This document shows, piece after piece, positions 33,475-46,202 of a stretch of 64,000 nt of DNA. Origin of the DNA: Stylophora pistillata (taxonomy: Eukaryota); contig NW_019218178.1 in the NCBI RefSeq assembly GCF_002571385.2, positions 212,146 to 276,145 on the forward strand. The letters run 5' to 3'. A program made the position numbers and the translations under genes. How positions within the stretch are numbered: position 1 is the stretch's first letter; each line of letters opens with the position of its first letter. Below the pieces are notes generated by a model, which saw only the letters and a list, made by a program, of their open reading frames with translations, made no database searches and was not told the DNA's origin.

Positions 33475-35093
33475 GTGCCACGAAGAAGTTTATTCCTTTC
33501 TGTTCTGATTGTTTCTTGTTTGATTTGTCGTAATATGGCAAAGTATTCTTGTGACAAATCGAAGTGTCGGGTTTCTCTCAACAGCGATTCATCGCCTGAG
33601 TTCGGATTGAAAGCTTCTGAAAAAGGTGTGAAACAAGTGTACTTAAAAATTCAAGATCTTCATTGACAGTTACAGAATTTTGCCGTACAGATGGGTTTGG
33701 GCTCGAAGCGAAAGCGAGCCAATGTTAGGTCTGTCCTACGACTATGACGTTTTGTCTTCAGTTGGGTCTGTTGAAAAATCAAGCAAAGTCCATGGTTTTG
33801 ATCTTTAAAAGAAACACAACATGGATGCCTTCTAGATTTGAATTATTCATGCCAGCTCATTGCCATAGCAGAAGCGCTGACAAACTTAACAGCGACAACA
33901 AGTTCAACTGATGGGAAACTGATGAATGAGCTAAACTCTGGTGTCGTTTGTTTCCGAGTCTTGAAGGAATTCTCTTTCGGCCTTGGAAGTGGATTTAAGT
34001 ACAAGTGTTGCAAGTAGGCTAAGGAAAATTAGAGAAACCAAGTAAACTGTGACTTTGACCTAATTGAAAGCATATGGCTCTTGGTTTTTAACGCTGTTTT
34101 GACAGTAGTTTTCATCTTTGTGTTGTTCTACTGGCCTTTGCTACTCTGTGGGATTCCAGATTTCTTATCACACGGACATCTTCAGGGATACGGAAGAAAA
34201 GTTACTTCAAAACAAGGAAAAAATGAAAATGGAAAAGAAGGGGAGATATTTTTGACTACAGTAGACGAACTCCCGGTGGATGATTCAAGCCCGATAACTT
34301 GTGCGGAGATTGTACAAAAATGCATGACTAATTTGCCATCTTTAAGTACGGATTCAATGTAAAATTGATTCTCTTTTGGTATTGTATAATTCCAATATTT
34401 TTTTACATTAAACTCTTGTTGTATTTTATAATCAAGGAGAACTTCGACGAGACCTCCAGAAAGCTTCTGTTTCAAGTTGTTGATTCTTATCTTTACATCT
34501 TTAGCATGGTTAAACCTGCTGTTTATGTTTTGTTTATTGTGCCGTTATTTGTAATATCCACTGTGGTAATTTTCTGTTGGACACCCAGAAAAGGCGGGGT
34601 TTTTCATTCAGGTGAAGTGTTTCATTTGCGGGCGAGACCAGCTCAGTCTTAAAAAGCATACAGTAGAGCATGTAAAAATTATGCCTAATAGTTTAATCAA
34701 GGTAATGAAAACTGTTTTACTCTTTCTTCGACAGTTCGCATTAAAGATGCGTCCCAGCGGCAATGAATGTATCCATTCTCAGCAGTCACTGTGTGGGAAT
34801 GCATTTTGTATCTTATGCACGATTGCATTCGTGGTTGTTATGAGTCTAATCGCCATGTAACAATATCTCTTTTAATCGGCTTAGCTGTTTTTATTGTAAA
34901 AACTATTGTACATTCTCCCCTCGATACTGGATTGATTCACCTGACAGCACAAGCTAAATTTATAATTCATAAATACGGTAAAATTTGCAAGTGGTTGTCG
35001 AATTTTCTATTCATCATTGTTTCCCTCCCATTTTTCGTCAGCGTATCAATCAATGTCACCTTTTCTAGTCAATTCATCGTTCGAACGTTCGGT
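33475..35093 (+). pseudogene. Disabled paralog (copy A) of the intronless membrane-protein gene, truncated by the N gap
   Basis: Collinear with 39260-40910. ATG is changed to GTG (ACGTGCCA vs ACATGGCA), there are in-frame TAG stops near 34015 and 34030, and several indel frameshifts (e.g. near 33665, 33760, 33805, 34345, 34615). Confidence 0.85.
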
Positions 35094-36631
35094 NNNNNNN
35101 NNNNNNNNNNNNNNNNNNNNNNNNNNNNNNNNNNNNNNNNNNNNNNNNNNNNNNNNNNNNNNNNNNNNNNNNNNNNNNNNNNNNNNNNNNNNNNNNNNNN
35201 NNNNNNNNNNNNNNNNNNNNNNNNNNNNNNNNNNNNNNNNNNNNNNNNNNNNNNNNNNNNNNNNNNNNNNNNNNNNNNNNNNNNNNNNNNNNNNNNNNNN
35301 NNNNNNNNNNNNNNNNNNNNNNNNNNNNNNNNNNNNNNNNNNNNNNNNNNNNNNNNNNNNNNNNNNNNNNNNNNNNNNNNNNNNNNNNNNNNNNNNNNNN
35401 NNNNNNNNNNNNNNNNNNNNNNNNNNNNNNNNNNNNNNNNNNNNNNNNNNNNNNNNNNNNNNNNNNNNNNNNNNNNNNNNNNNNNNNNNNNNNNNNNNNN
35501 NNNNNNNNNNNNNNNNNNNNNNNNNNNNNNNNNNNNNNNNNNNNNNNNNNNNNNNNNNNNNNNNNNNNNNNNNNNNNNNNNNNNNNNNNNNNNNNNNNNN
35601 NNNNNNNNNNNNNNNNNNNNNNNNNNNNNNNNNNNNNNNNNNNNNNNNNNNNNNNNNNNNNNNNNNNNNNNNNNNNNNNNNNNNNNNNNNNNNNNNNNNN
35701 NNNNNNNNNNNNNNNNNNNNNNNNNNNNNNNNNNNNNNNNNNNNNNNNNNNNNNNNNNNNNNNNNNNNNNNNNNNNNNNNNNNNNNNNNNNNNNNNNNNN
35801 NNNNNNNNNNNNNNNNNNNNNNNNNNNNNNNNNNNNNNNNNNNNNNNNNNNNNNNNNNNNNNNNNNNNNNNNNNNNNNNNNNNNNNNNNNNNNNNNNNNN
35901 NNNNNNNNNNNNNNNNNNNNNNNNNNNNNNNNNNNNNNNNNNNNNNNNNNNNNNNNNNNNNNNNNNNNNNNNNNNNNNNNNNNNNNNNNNNNNNNNNNNN
36001 NNNNNNNNNNNNNNNNNNNNNNNNNNNNNNNNNNNNNNNNNNNNNTTATTGAGTAGTTGTTTGAAATAATGAGCTAGCCTAAAAAATAAGACAAACAGCG
36101 GTGATGAACATTGTATTCCAATGCATTTTATACAGAACTTGACGTTTCGTATGCTAGTCAACATACATTTTCAAAAGTGAACCGTTACAATTGTTGAAAA
36201 CTATATGTAGTGAATGTAAGAGTTCTGGAACCTAGACTGAAGACCACTGGTCACAACATTAAATGGGATCATTTTGACATTTTAGCGTCGGGAAAAACTG
36301 ACTTCCATTGTAAAATTAAAGAGACTTTGTTCATTCAAGAGCTAAAGCCTTCTCTTAATGTCAATGTTAGTAGTGAGAAGTTGTTGTTATTTTAGCCAGT
36401 ACTTCTCATTAGTCTAGACATATAGACCACTTTCATAAATGGCTGCCGGATTAACATTCTTTTGTTTAAATTTAAATTAGCCCTTCTGGCCTCGCTTGAG
36501 ATGATGTATTCTTTTGAATTTTGTCTAGAGAACGAGGCCAGAAGGGCTAATTTAAATTTAAACAAAAGAATGTTAATCCGGCAGCCATTTATGAAAGTGG
36601 TCTATATGTCTAGACTAATGAGAAGTACTGG

Positions 36632-36790
36632 CTAAAATAACAACAACTTCTCACTACTAACATTGACATTAAGAGAAGGCTTTAGCTCTTGAATGAACAA
36701 AGTCTCTTTAATTTTACAATGGAAGTCAGTTTTTCCCGACGCTAAAATGTCAAAATGATCCCATTTAATGTTGTGACCAGTGGTCTTCAG
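36632..36790 (-). mobile_element. Penelope-like element GIY-YIG endonuclease C-terminal fragment (mirror copy at ~36237-36395 +)
   Basis: KTTGHNIKWDHFDILASGKTDFHCKIKETLFIQELKPSLNVNVSSEKLLLF* matches the 'H..w..f.IL.......IkE.l.I....P.LN' end of the PLE endonuclease. Confidence 0.8.
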
Positions 36791-36848
36791 TCTAGGTTCC
36801 AGAACTCTTACATTCACTACATATAGTTTTCAACAATTGTAACGGTTC

Positions 36849-36890
36849 ACTTTTGAAAATGTATGTTGACTAGCATACGAAACGTCAAGT
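36849..36890 (+). ncRNA. Minimal hammerhead ribozyme motif with U3-A8 core variant (mirror at 36137-36178 -)
   Basis: ACTT-TTGAAAA-T-GTATG-TTGACTAG-CATAC-GAAA-CG-TC-AAGT. Stem I is ACTT/AAGT, stem II is 5 bp, stem III is the ACGT palindrome. It lies next to the PLE endonuclease fragment. Confidence 0.6.
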
Positions 36891-37124
36891 TCTGTATAAA
36901 ATGCATTGGAATACAATGTTCATCACCGCTGTTTGTCTTATTTTTTAGGCTAGCTCATTATTTCAAACAACTACTCAATAATAGAAACTATCGTAGCTTA
37001 AAAGATACCTTTTTGACAATTTGTACAAACTTTTTACAAATTTTGAAAATTTGTAATGAAGAAGAAAAGGTTTGAGTGCAATGCGTCGCATAATGAAAAA
37101 GCCGTAAACTACGCCGTTAGGGAC

Positions 37125-37890
37125 CTCTTTCTCTCGTCCCCTCTTCCTTCGTTCCTTCCGTTCCTTCGTTCTTTCGTTCCTTCGTTCCCTCATTCCTTCA
37201 TTCCTTAGTTCCCTCGTCCCCTCTTCCTTCGTTCATTCCTTCCCTCGTTCCGTCGTTCCGTCGTTCCGTCGTTCCGTCGTTCCATCGTTCCGTCGTTCCG
37301 TCGTTCCCTCGTTCCCTCGTTCCCTCGTTCCCTCGTTCCCTCGTTCCCTCGTTCTCTCGTCCCTCGTTCCCTCGTTCCGTCGTTCTCTCGTTCCGTCGTT
37401 CCCTCGTCCCCTCTTCCTTCGCTTATTCGCTCCTTCGTTCCTTCGTTCATTCCTTCCCTCGTTCCGTCGTTCCTTCGTTCCGTCGTTCCGTCGTTCTCTC
37501 GTTCTCTCGTCCCCTCGTTCCCTCGTTCTCTCGTTCCCTTGTTCCCTTGTTCCCTCGTTCCGTCGTCCCTCGCTCCCTCGTTCTCTCGTTGTCTCGTTGT
37601 CTCGTTCCCTCGCTACCTCGTTCCTTCGTTCCCTCGTTCCCTCGTTCCCTCGTTCCATCGTTCCCTCGTTCCCTCGTTCCGTTGTTCCCTCGTTCTCTCG
37701 TTCCCTCGCTCCCTCGCTCCCTCGTTCTCTCGTTCCCTCGCTCCCTCGCTCCCTCGTTCTCTCGTTCCCTCGCTCCCTCGCTCCCTCGCTCCCTCGCTCC
37801 CTCGTTCCCTCGTTCCCTCGTTCCGTCGTTCCCTCGCTCCCTCGTTCTCTCGTTCCCTCGTTCCTTCTCCTCCACTCTTCCCCTCCTTCA
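37125..37890. repeat. 8-bp tandem repeat (CCTCGTTC/CGTCGTTC)n, opposite-strand relative of the 32320-32585 array
   Basis: Directly visible. It is the source of many spurious ERGNEGTR and SLVPSFPR ORFs. Confidence 0.95.
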
Positions 37891-38451
37891 TTACTGGTTC
37901 ATTTGATCATTCATTAATTTATGTATTCATTCATGTATACTATTTGTTCAGTAATTCCTTAAATTCACGCATTTGCCTATTATCCGCTTGATTCTCGTGA
38001 AAGCCTCTTTTTCTGGAGAAACTAATCATTAATCAGGAGCATTGGGAAAATTTCTGGGAATATCAGAACTTTTCATAATTAAGGGAACAGAATTTTACCC
38101 TTACATGTATTTTAAACCAGAAGGCAGAAACTCGAAATCACTACAAAATTTTCGATGATGTAAACCAAAACAAGAAAAGAAAGGCTAACAGCAAAAATCT
38201 AAATTTTGTGATAAAAACATATGCAAATTTCACATCGAATGAAAACTTAGGTCTTAAAACTTACAAATCTTTTCAGGAATATTACGGTCATACATTTTCT
38301 TTATTCTTGTACCCAGAGCCGTTCGATGTGAGTGAGTCGCTCGTTTCTCCGACCACGTGACCAAAAGAAACAAGGGCTTTGGGGTATGAGACTGATTTTC
38401 ATAAGTTTGCAATACATACTTATGGATCTCCGCATATTTAATTAATTTGGC

Positions 38452-38633
38452 TTGCATGGCAGCCATGTTGCATGGCAGCCATGTTGCATGCCAGCCATGT
38501 TGCATGCCAGCCATGTTGCATGCCAGCCATGTTGCATGGCAAGAACAATGAAAATATTTTGCATAAGAAAGAATTTTTTCCCATGGGAAAAATCATCTAT
38601 AGTTCCTGCTGGCTGCTGTGCAAAACCTCTATT
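38452..38633. mobile_element. MITE with tandemly expanded 16-bp subterminal unit (TTGCATG(G/C)CAGCCATG)
   Basis: About 5 units at 38452-38540, a short core, then the decayed inverted end GGCTGCTGTGCAAAACCTCTAT. Confidence 0.65.
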
Positions 38634-39259
38634 GTTTTAGAGGGAAAAAAGCAGAAAGTGTGACCAGTTTGAAGTGGTACATTATCGTTTCGACGTTTCC
38701 ATTGTTATAGTGACACAATAAAATTTAGAGTTCGTGCAAGAACTCACGCATTTAAGTCAGGAATTATTTCCTGAAAAGGGTTGTACTTATTAATCGTTTT
38801 TTCACACGATTTAGTGACTTAAGATATGGATCGTGACGTATCGACTGCTCAGTTCCACTCTTCTATGGGCAATCAAGGTCGAATGGTCTCATGTTCGTGA
38901 GCTGGAAGTTGAAACATTTAGAAAACGTGGTTGGAAGGGGGGGGGGGTGGTGGAGTCTTAGAGCATCCTTAGTCTCCCGCCATCCCCACATTTGGTCCCC
39001 GTCTCCGCCTTTTGCTGCAAAACACCGAAGACATATGAACGGACTTTTGCATTCTTCCATTACTTTCTCTCTTCTTACCCTTAAAAGCCCCCGATCCCGT
39101 CATTTCATTTCCCGTGCCCCGTGCCCCCCTTCCACTATTTCTGCCCCCACCCCACCCTCCAACTCGCGCTTCTCAAACCAACAGATACGGGTGATTAGAT
39201 ATTATAATTATAACAACCATTCTAACATCGCAGTCTCTTAAGCGAAACAAGCAAACAAC

Positions 39260-41462
39260 ATGGCACAAAGAAGATTCCTTCTCTCTGTTTTGATTGTTTC
39301 TTATTTGATTTGTCGTAGTATCGCAAAATATTCTTGTGGCAAATCGAAGTGTCAGCTTTCAGTTAGGAGCGGTTCGTCGCCTGATTTCATATCGAAAGCT
39401 TCTGAAAAAGGTGTGAAACTTGTGTACTTAAAATTCAAGATCTTCAATGACAGTTACAAGCCACTCGTGACGAATAACAGAATTTTGCCGTACAGGTGGG
39501 TTTGGGCCCGAAGTGAAAGCGAATCGATGTTAGGTCTGTCCTACGACTATGACGTTTTGTCTTTGGGTCTATTGAAAAATCAAGCAAGGACGATGGTGTT
39601 GTCTTTAATGGAGACACATCATGGATGCGTCCTAGCCTTGAATTCTTCATGCCAGGCCATTGCCATCACAGAAGCGTTGACAAAACTTGATAGCGACTAC
39701 AAATTCAACTGACGGGAAACTGATGAATGAGCTAAACTCTGGAGTCGTTTGTTTCCGAGTCTTGAAGGAATTCTCTTTCGGCCTTGGAAGTGGATTTAAG
39801 TACAAGTGCTGCGAGAGGGTTGAAGAAGATCAGAGGCACCAAGTTTACTGTGGCTTTGACGTGAAAGAGAGCATATGGCTCTCGGTTTTCAACTCTGTCT
39901 TGAACGTGGTTGTAACCATTGTTTTCTTTTATGGGCCTTACCTCTTCTGTGTGGTTCCAGATTTCTTCTCGGACGGACATCGCCAGGATCACGTAAAGAA
40001 TCTTACTTCAAAACAAAGTAAAATTGAAAATGAAGAGGAGACATTTCTGGCAATATTAGATGAAATTCCAGTGGATGATTCAAGCCCGATAAGCTGTACA
40101 GAGATTGTGCAAAAATGCGTGAAGAATTTGCCAACTTTAAACTATGGATTCAACGTAAAATTAATCCTCCTTTGGTACTGTATAATTCCAACATTTTTCT
40201 TCTTTAAGCTCTTGTTATATTTTATTATCAAGGATAACTTCGACGAGGCTTCCAAGAAGCTTCTGTTTCAAGTGGCTGATGCTTATCTTTATATCTTTAG
40301 CATGGATAAACCTGCTGTTTATGTTTTGTTTATTGTACCGTTATTTGTAATACCTACCTTGGTAATTTCCTTTTGGAGATTTGAAGAGAGCCTGGATTTG
40401 TATTTAGGTGAATGTTTCATTTGCACGGACTCGGGCTCAGATTCTCAACTCAGTCTAAAAGAGCATTTTGTAAAGCGTTTAAAAACTATGCCAAATAGTG
40501 TAATCAAAATAATGGAAAGAGTTTTGGAAAAGCTCTTCCTTCAAAAGTTCGGGTCAAAGTTCCCGCCCTGCTCTGAATGCAACCATTTTCAACAGTCACT
40601 GTGTGGGCATGCAATTTGTGTCTTATCCACAGTCGCATTCATGATGATTTACGGTCCAATTGCCATCACAATCTCTCTTTTGATTTATTTAGCTGTTTTA
40701 CTTGTGACAACTATAATATATTCGCCTCTCGTAACTGGATTAATTTACCTGACAAAATCCATGACCTCACAAATTGAATCCATTCACAAACACCGTAAAA
40801 AATGCAAGTGGCTATCGAATTTTCTAATCCTCATTATTTCAATTCCGTTTTTCGTAAGCGTATCAATCATTACAATCTTCTCTTGTCAATACATCGTTAG
40901 AACGTCTGGCCTCACTCTCATGGGGATTACCTTGAACGCGGAATCGGCTGTTCCTTATATCACATTCGCCTTCGTGGTCTGGCGAAACGTATACCTTTGT
41001 TTCAACAATTTACAAAATACGTACAAGGAAATCAAAATTATGATTTGGGAAGAATGGAAAGAGCAGAAAAAGCCTAAGAGAGAAGGCACAATTCCAAAAA
41101 AACTATTTTGGTCCATCTGCAAGGACTCGGTTGCAAATGAAATTTGCGCCATGTTGTGTAAAATGGTTGCGATACTCATATTTCTGTCAATTGCCTTAGC
41201 AGCAATCTTTCTGTTCAAAGTCGAGTATAATTCGTCGACTATAGTCTCTAGTATAGCTGTGTTTGTGAGCGGAAAGATATCAGAAGTGTTTTTTAGTAGA
41301 GTTACAACGGGCAACAATATAACTGGCTGGGAGAGAGTTCTGGAAAAACAAAAGATTCGCGACGCTGTGCGAGAATTCACACCTGACATGTTCGACGGTG
41401 AACGCGACGTTCGTATGGAGAGGGATTTTTCTATGGTTTCACCCCACGAGTCTGCAGTCTGA
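39260..41462 (+). CDS. Intronless uncharacterised multi-pass membrane protein (copy B), ~733 aa if one frameshift is corrected
   Basis: ORFs 39260..39712 and 39687..41462 join if one A is removed from AAAA at 39682-39685; paralog A has AAA at 33882-33884. It has a signal-peptide-like MAQRRFLLSVLIVSYLIC, a Cys-containing ectodomain and roughly 8-10 hydrophobic segments. Confidence 0.75.
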
Positions 41463-42171
41463 TTAGAAAATGCAATAGTTTTTCTTATACTTAGCTGAAA
41501 TTTTATTCTTAGTTTTCGCTTAGCATAAAAATGACTTCTTCTTAAGGCCCACTGAACTTTTCGGCCAGCTCATCTTTTCGAACAGTTACTCAATGGCGCC
41601 AAACCACTTAGCTTAACGTGCGCCTTTTAATGATTTTGTGTCCATATAGTTAACTTAACAGCAGTTTCCTTTCCATACTGAGTGAATTTGAAAACAAAAA
41701 CTTCATTCTAACGATTACGAAGACCGGTCCATCGAAAAAACATTTTTCGAAAACGCTTTTGAAACCAACTTAGACGTTCGTTGTTGTTGTTGTTGTTTTT
41801 GAGTGATTCTGGGAGTCTTGCTATGCATTTGATTCGTTTCTGAGAGAACAGAACGTATTTTTTTTGTTGAGGATGACGAGTGAAATTGCCATTTTCCTGG
41901 TTCTCTTGCGTCTGGTGTAATCGGGGCCAATGAGTGTCTAATTTGCCTTGCTATCTGTTTGAAGAGCAACTTTTGTTACTTTTTACAGTAGTTCATAACC
42001 TTTGACAGGCGGCAACTAAAATACTGCACGAAGCTATTTGGAATAAATGTCATATCATCAGTCCCTATATTCTATGATTGTTATTAATTACGTCTTTACT
42101 CTTGAGGAAATGTCGTTATCATCGGTCTGAGTAACATACCAAACGAGTCTAACAATTTCATTGTCAACTAT

Positions 42172-42498
42172 GCAGGAGCCCGTTATCCAGAGCTTCCATC
42201 TTCCATACTGACCCTCTGAGTCGATCCTGTCCCGTATCTTTCTATTTTTAGAAGCACCTCGCACGGCGGTTTTTAAGGGTGTTTTTATAATAGCCAATCA
42301 TAAGAGAGCTGTCGTCTCTATTGTGTTACGTCTCTATTGTGTCACTTACAGGCCGCACGAAATTATTTCAATAATGGTGGAAAGCGCGGAAAGATTAAAG
42401 AACCCCCCGCAAATATCTCAGTTCAAAAATTAAAAAGATACGGGACAGGGTTGACTCAAGGGTACAACTGAGATGGAAGCTCCGGATAAAAGGCTCCT
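42172..42498. mobile_element. Fold-back element with ~68-bp imperfect inverted arms
   Basis: CAGGAGCC..TTATCCAGAGCTTCCATCT..CCTGTCCCGTATCTTT pairs with AAAGATACGGGACAGG..AGATGGAAGCTCCGGATAA..GGCTCCTG. Confidence 0.65.
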
Positions 42499-43225
42499 GA
42501 CTATGTCATAACTAATTATTCAGTTTTTAATAAAGAAGAGGTATTAAAGAAATGTGTCGAATACTGGAAAAGCTACAAACCAAAGCACTCAATGTGCATG
42601 CATGCGCAGTTCTGGCGTATCCTTTAGATTCTCTTGCAGAAGTTCGTTTAAAGTCGTCAAAATATATCACAGACGCCGCCACTTCGAATTTTGCCTAGCA
42701 ACCTGGCCGAATACCCCTGCTACAACAAAATCTCACTTCTCCATTTTTTTTCCGTCTGAGAAATCTGCTGGAACAATAAGGGGGGCCTCCCATTGGCATT
42801 CTTGGCTAAGACAATGATCGTTTTTTTGCAATAGCCAACGCAGTAGGTTACTTTAAGGCATGCAGTAGGAGCTATTGCACCTATTTTGTACGCACCGCGT
42901 TTATTGACTGAGAACCTAGGGCGAGAGCGCGCGCAAATCTTTGCGAACACTTCTCAATAGCCGTTCTGATGGAATTCTTTCAATTCTCAGTGACAGGAAC
43001 GATCATTAACATTTTATGTGCATGCTAATTAACCTTCTTAGCCTCTCTTTCTATCGTTCTATCGTTTGTAAGAATGCCGTCGAGGCTAGAAAGGTTAATT
43101 CAAATACTGTTTGGCTCGCCCCCATTTCAAACTCTCGCAAGAAAAACGTTACAACGTCGGCCTCATCGTCGGGGTGTTATTTACTTTAGACGGTGGGGGA
43201 TGTGTATCCAGTGGACAAGAACAAA

Positions 43226-43516
43226 GCTACAACCCCGGACAAAACTGTTGAGACATTTCAATGCAATTTTTAATTTCCCGCCATGCAACAATCGTTTCCA
43301 AAAGGAACAAACTTGGCCCCCTCCCCACCCCTGGTACAATGTTGTTGGGGCTTAACAGCTCAAGCATGCATTTCTTGTGTTACCGCAAACAACATTGCAA
43401 TAGGGGAGGGGGGAAACAATCTTTGAATTTGCGACGGTAAGCATTTTTGTCAGGGTGAGTGCAAAAAATAGGTATTTTTGTAATGTGTCTCAACAGGTTT
43501 TGTCCGAGGTTGTAGC
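43226..43516. mobile_element. MITE with ~30-bp terminal inverted repeats
   Basis: GCTACAACCCCGGACAAAACTGTTGAGACA / TGTCTCAACAGGTTTTGTCCGAGGTTGTAGC. Confidence 0.8.
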
Positions 43517-46202
43517 AGTTCTGTATCGTTTATGTGAATGTAACTAAGTACCAGTATTTTACAANAAATACATTACTTCTTTGTATCCATTATTTCTAGT
43601 CGCAATGAATGGCAACCGAGAACATTTGTTCTGCCGTGTCGTCGGGAAGCTTAAACAGACGAACATCGCGGACGGAACGACAAACGACAAATGGCTAGCC
43701 GAAGTTCAGCGTTCGCCGTTTTCGCGCTGCTTAATCTAAATAATGATTAGTGCTAGACCTCCGGCAAACCTCTCCTCTAGTCGTCTCAAATCTTCCCGTG
43801 TGTGCATGGAAAAAAGTACGTTCTGCATCGCTGATAATGAGAGTATTTTCAAAGGGTTCAATTTGCGAGAATTTTATCATAACTTTTCCTATGTTGAGCT
43901 CCGATCTTAGAACTTCTTTGGTTTTCTTATCAATGCTGTATGGCAGTTTAAAGACTGATCTTATTATTTCTAATTTTAAAATAAGAAGTCCGTGGCAGTC
44001 TTTTTCCGTTCCGCTAAGCTAAGCGGGAGAGACGTGAGCCAACCGGGTATCACGTGTTCCTCCCTTTCGCTCCCCGCTTCACGTAACTCACGCTTAGCCC
44101 ACGCATCTACCATAAGTTCACGCTTCTCGCGCTTGCCTCACGCTCTTCCCGCCTGACCGAAAGGAAACCGAAAATTCTGCTAAGCAAGTAAAAAATATAT
44201 TATCTCCTCAAATCTGTAAAATGTAACACGAATTATAGTTTACTTGGTCTATTACCATGATAATAAATCATACTTCGGTCACTTAAGGGTAAGGTTAAAT
44301 TGCGCCCTCAAAAAAATATTATTTTGAGTTAAAAATTTTTTTTGATGATTCTAGACAGTGGAAAACCTAATTATAGAAAAGAAATTATGAACATTTTGCA
44401 CAAAGTAAAAACACATTAAGAAACTTTCCCGATTGTCATGCGTACGTTCTTTCAGTTTTGTCTGAAACTGAAATCAAGACGAAAGAAATCAAATTCAGAT
44501 TTTGTTTCTTGTGTCATATGAAATTAAAGTTTACCTCAGATCCTAAAAAGAAATCTGTTTACGTATACTGTATTTACTTTTACTCATGCGAAAGAGAAAA
44601 ACATGAAACAAAAGTGAGTATGACATCGACATCTAAAATTGGAAAGAGTTACCAGTAATCGTTTTTAAATTCAGCCGACTTACACAACATTCCAGATCAT
44701 ATGACAATCAAATATTAAATAGAGTGCTTTGCCTCGCAGCAAACTGAGCAACATTGTATCTGCTGAGATACTCTGACTCAAGTCTTTGAGCCATTAAAAT
44801 TAATTTTTACGAGAACTGAACTTTTCATTTATAAACAACAGAAATCCTTTCATTATCTTATGGTTTTCAACTAAAATAGGAAAACACTCCTTTCCCAGCG
44901 AGTCAAAGAATAGAGTGACACAATAGCAGCAGATTGTGCACTTACCGACCTTTCCACTCCACATTCATTTCAGTGTCTACCGGCCTTAGAGAAGAATAGA
45001 TATATACTTCATGCCAGTTTAAACCATTCTGTATTTGAAAAATTTTCGTTTTTTCTATCGATTTACTGTTGTTAGTGGTTTCCTTAAAATAGCGCGTGTT
45101 TTGTTGTATCCCTGCATAAAACATTGGGGTAAAGAAAGGCCGGATTACTCTGTCTCGAACATGTTCTCTCTCTATGGCTACAGTCAAACTTAACCCTTCA
45201 TTTGAAGTCGTTCGAATCTCCTTACCACAGATGCATTCGACAGCAAATTTCAATTTTGAGTACCTACGTGATTACGGTAATTTTCTTTTAACGTGTAGTG
45301 TAGTGTGTGTTTGGAAAGTTTCCACTGATATGTTTTATACGTCAATTTCTACATCATCGATATTTTAGCCGTAGAGAACTCTTTGGCGAGCTAATTGGCC
45401 GATGTCTGTTTTTATAGCATGACAATTTTCATCTTTTTTCCGAGAGCGTGTTTTTTTTTAGAATTGTTGACTAATCGAGTAACGGATCTACACGCGAAAA
45501 GGGCGAAACATTTCCTTGCTCAGTGATCAACCTTTAAATCATGTCTCCAACGAAGTGAAATCATGTCATTCTGTAATTGTTTAACTGAAGGAGACATGTC
45601 TCTTTAGTCTTTATATTTAGCAGACAATTTATCTTTAGTTGATATAAAGAAAGAGCTTTCACCGCAAACGTCTTCCGCTATTTTTCACCTCTGACATTTT
45701 TATTTCAGTTTCGTTGACGTTGAGCTGAAATATGAATACTAATGTTGATCAGACTGAGATTTCAAAGTAAAAGAGCTTTGTTTTCAGCAATATTTACCTT
45801 AAGAGATTCGCAGAGAAGATCAGATTTCGAAAGTAAAGGAGTAATTTTTGCCGAGCAGTGTCATCGTAGGGCAGTAGATGTTATGCTTGCAAATTTTTGT
45901 TTAATTCTTTTAAATTAATGTGGTACTGTTTACTGTTCTGTGCAAGGTGTTTTGGGGTCAGTGAGTGAAACATATCCACGAATTAGCAATGAAGAAGCAA
46001 TTTTACAAAAAAACTGGTTTAACATTTCGCTATGCGCTAAAACAGTCTTGGGTTAGTTTTCTCTCAGGTCCCTCGCCGTTACTAGAGAAGATAGAATGCG
46101 ACATATATGATTTCATTTCATTTTCCTTTCTGTTTAAAGTGGACTCCAAAAGGTGGCCGAGCAATCTTCTAGAGATAAAACACATTTCGGATTCTATGAA
46201 GA

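Larger units (their letters stand above)
36046..36981. repeat. Perfect 449-bp inverted duplication centred on a palindromic MITE, abutting an N gap
   Basis: 36046-36494 is the reverse complement of 36533-36981, giving mirror ORFs 36210..36395(+) and 36632..36817(-). The central element TAGACCACTTTCATAAATGGC...GCCATTTATGAAAGTGGTCTA spans ~36423-36604. Confidence 0.9.

Noticed and set aside
34767-36164. 350-430 aa ORFs
   Set aside because: They consist mostly of X residues from the N gap.
36210-36817. Two identical convergent 61-aa genes
   Set aside because: They are mirror images of one Penelope endonuclease fragment within a probable fold-back artefact.
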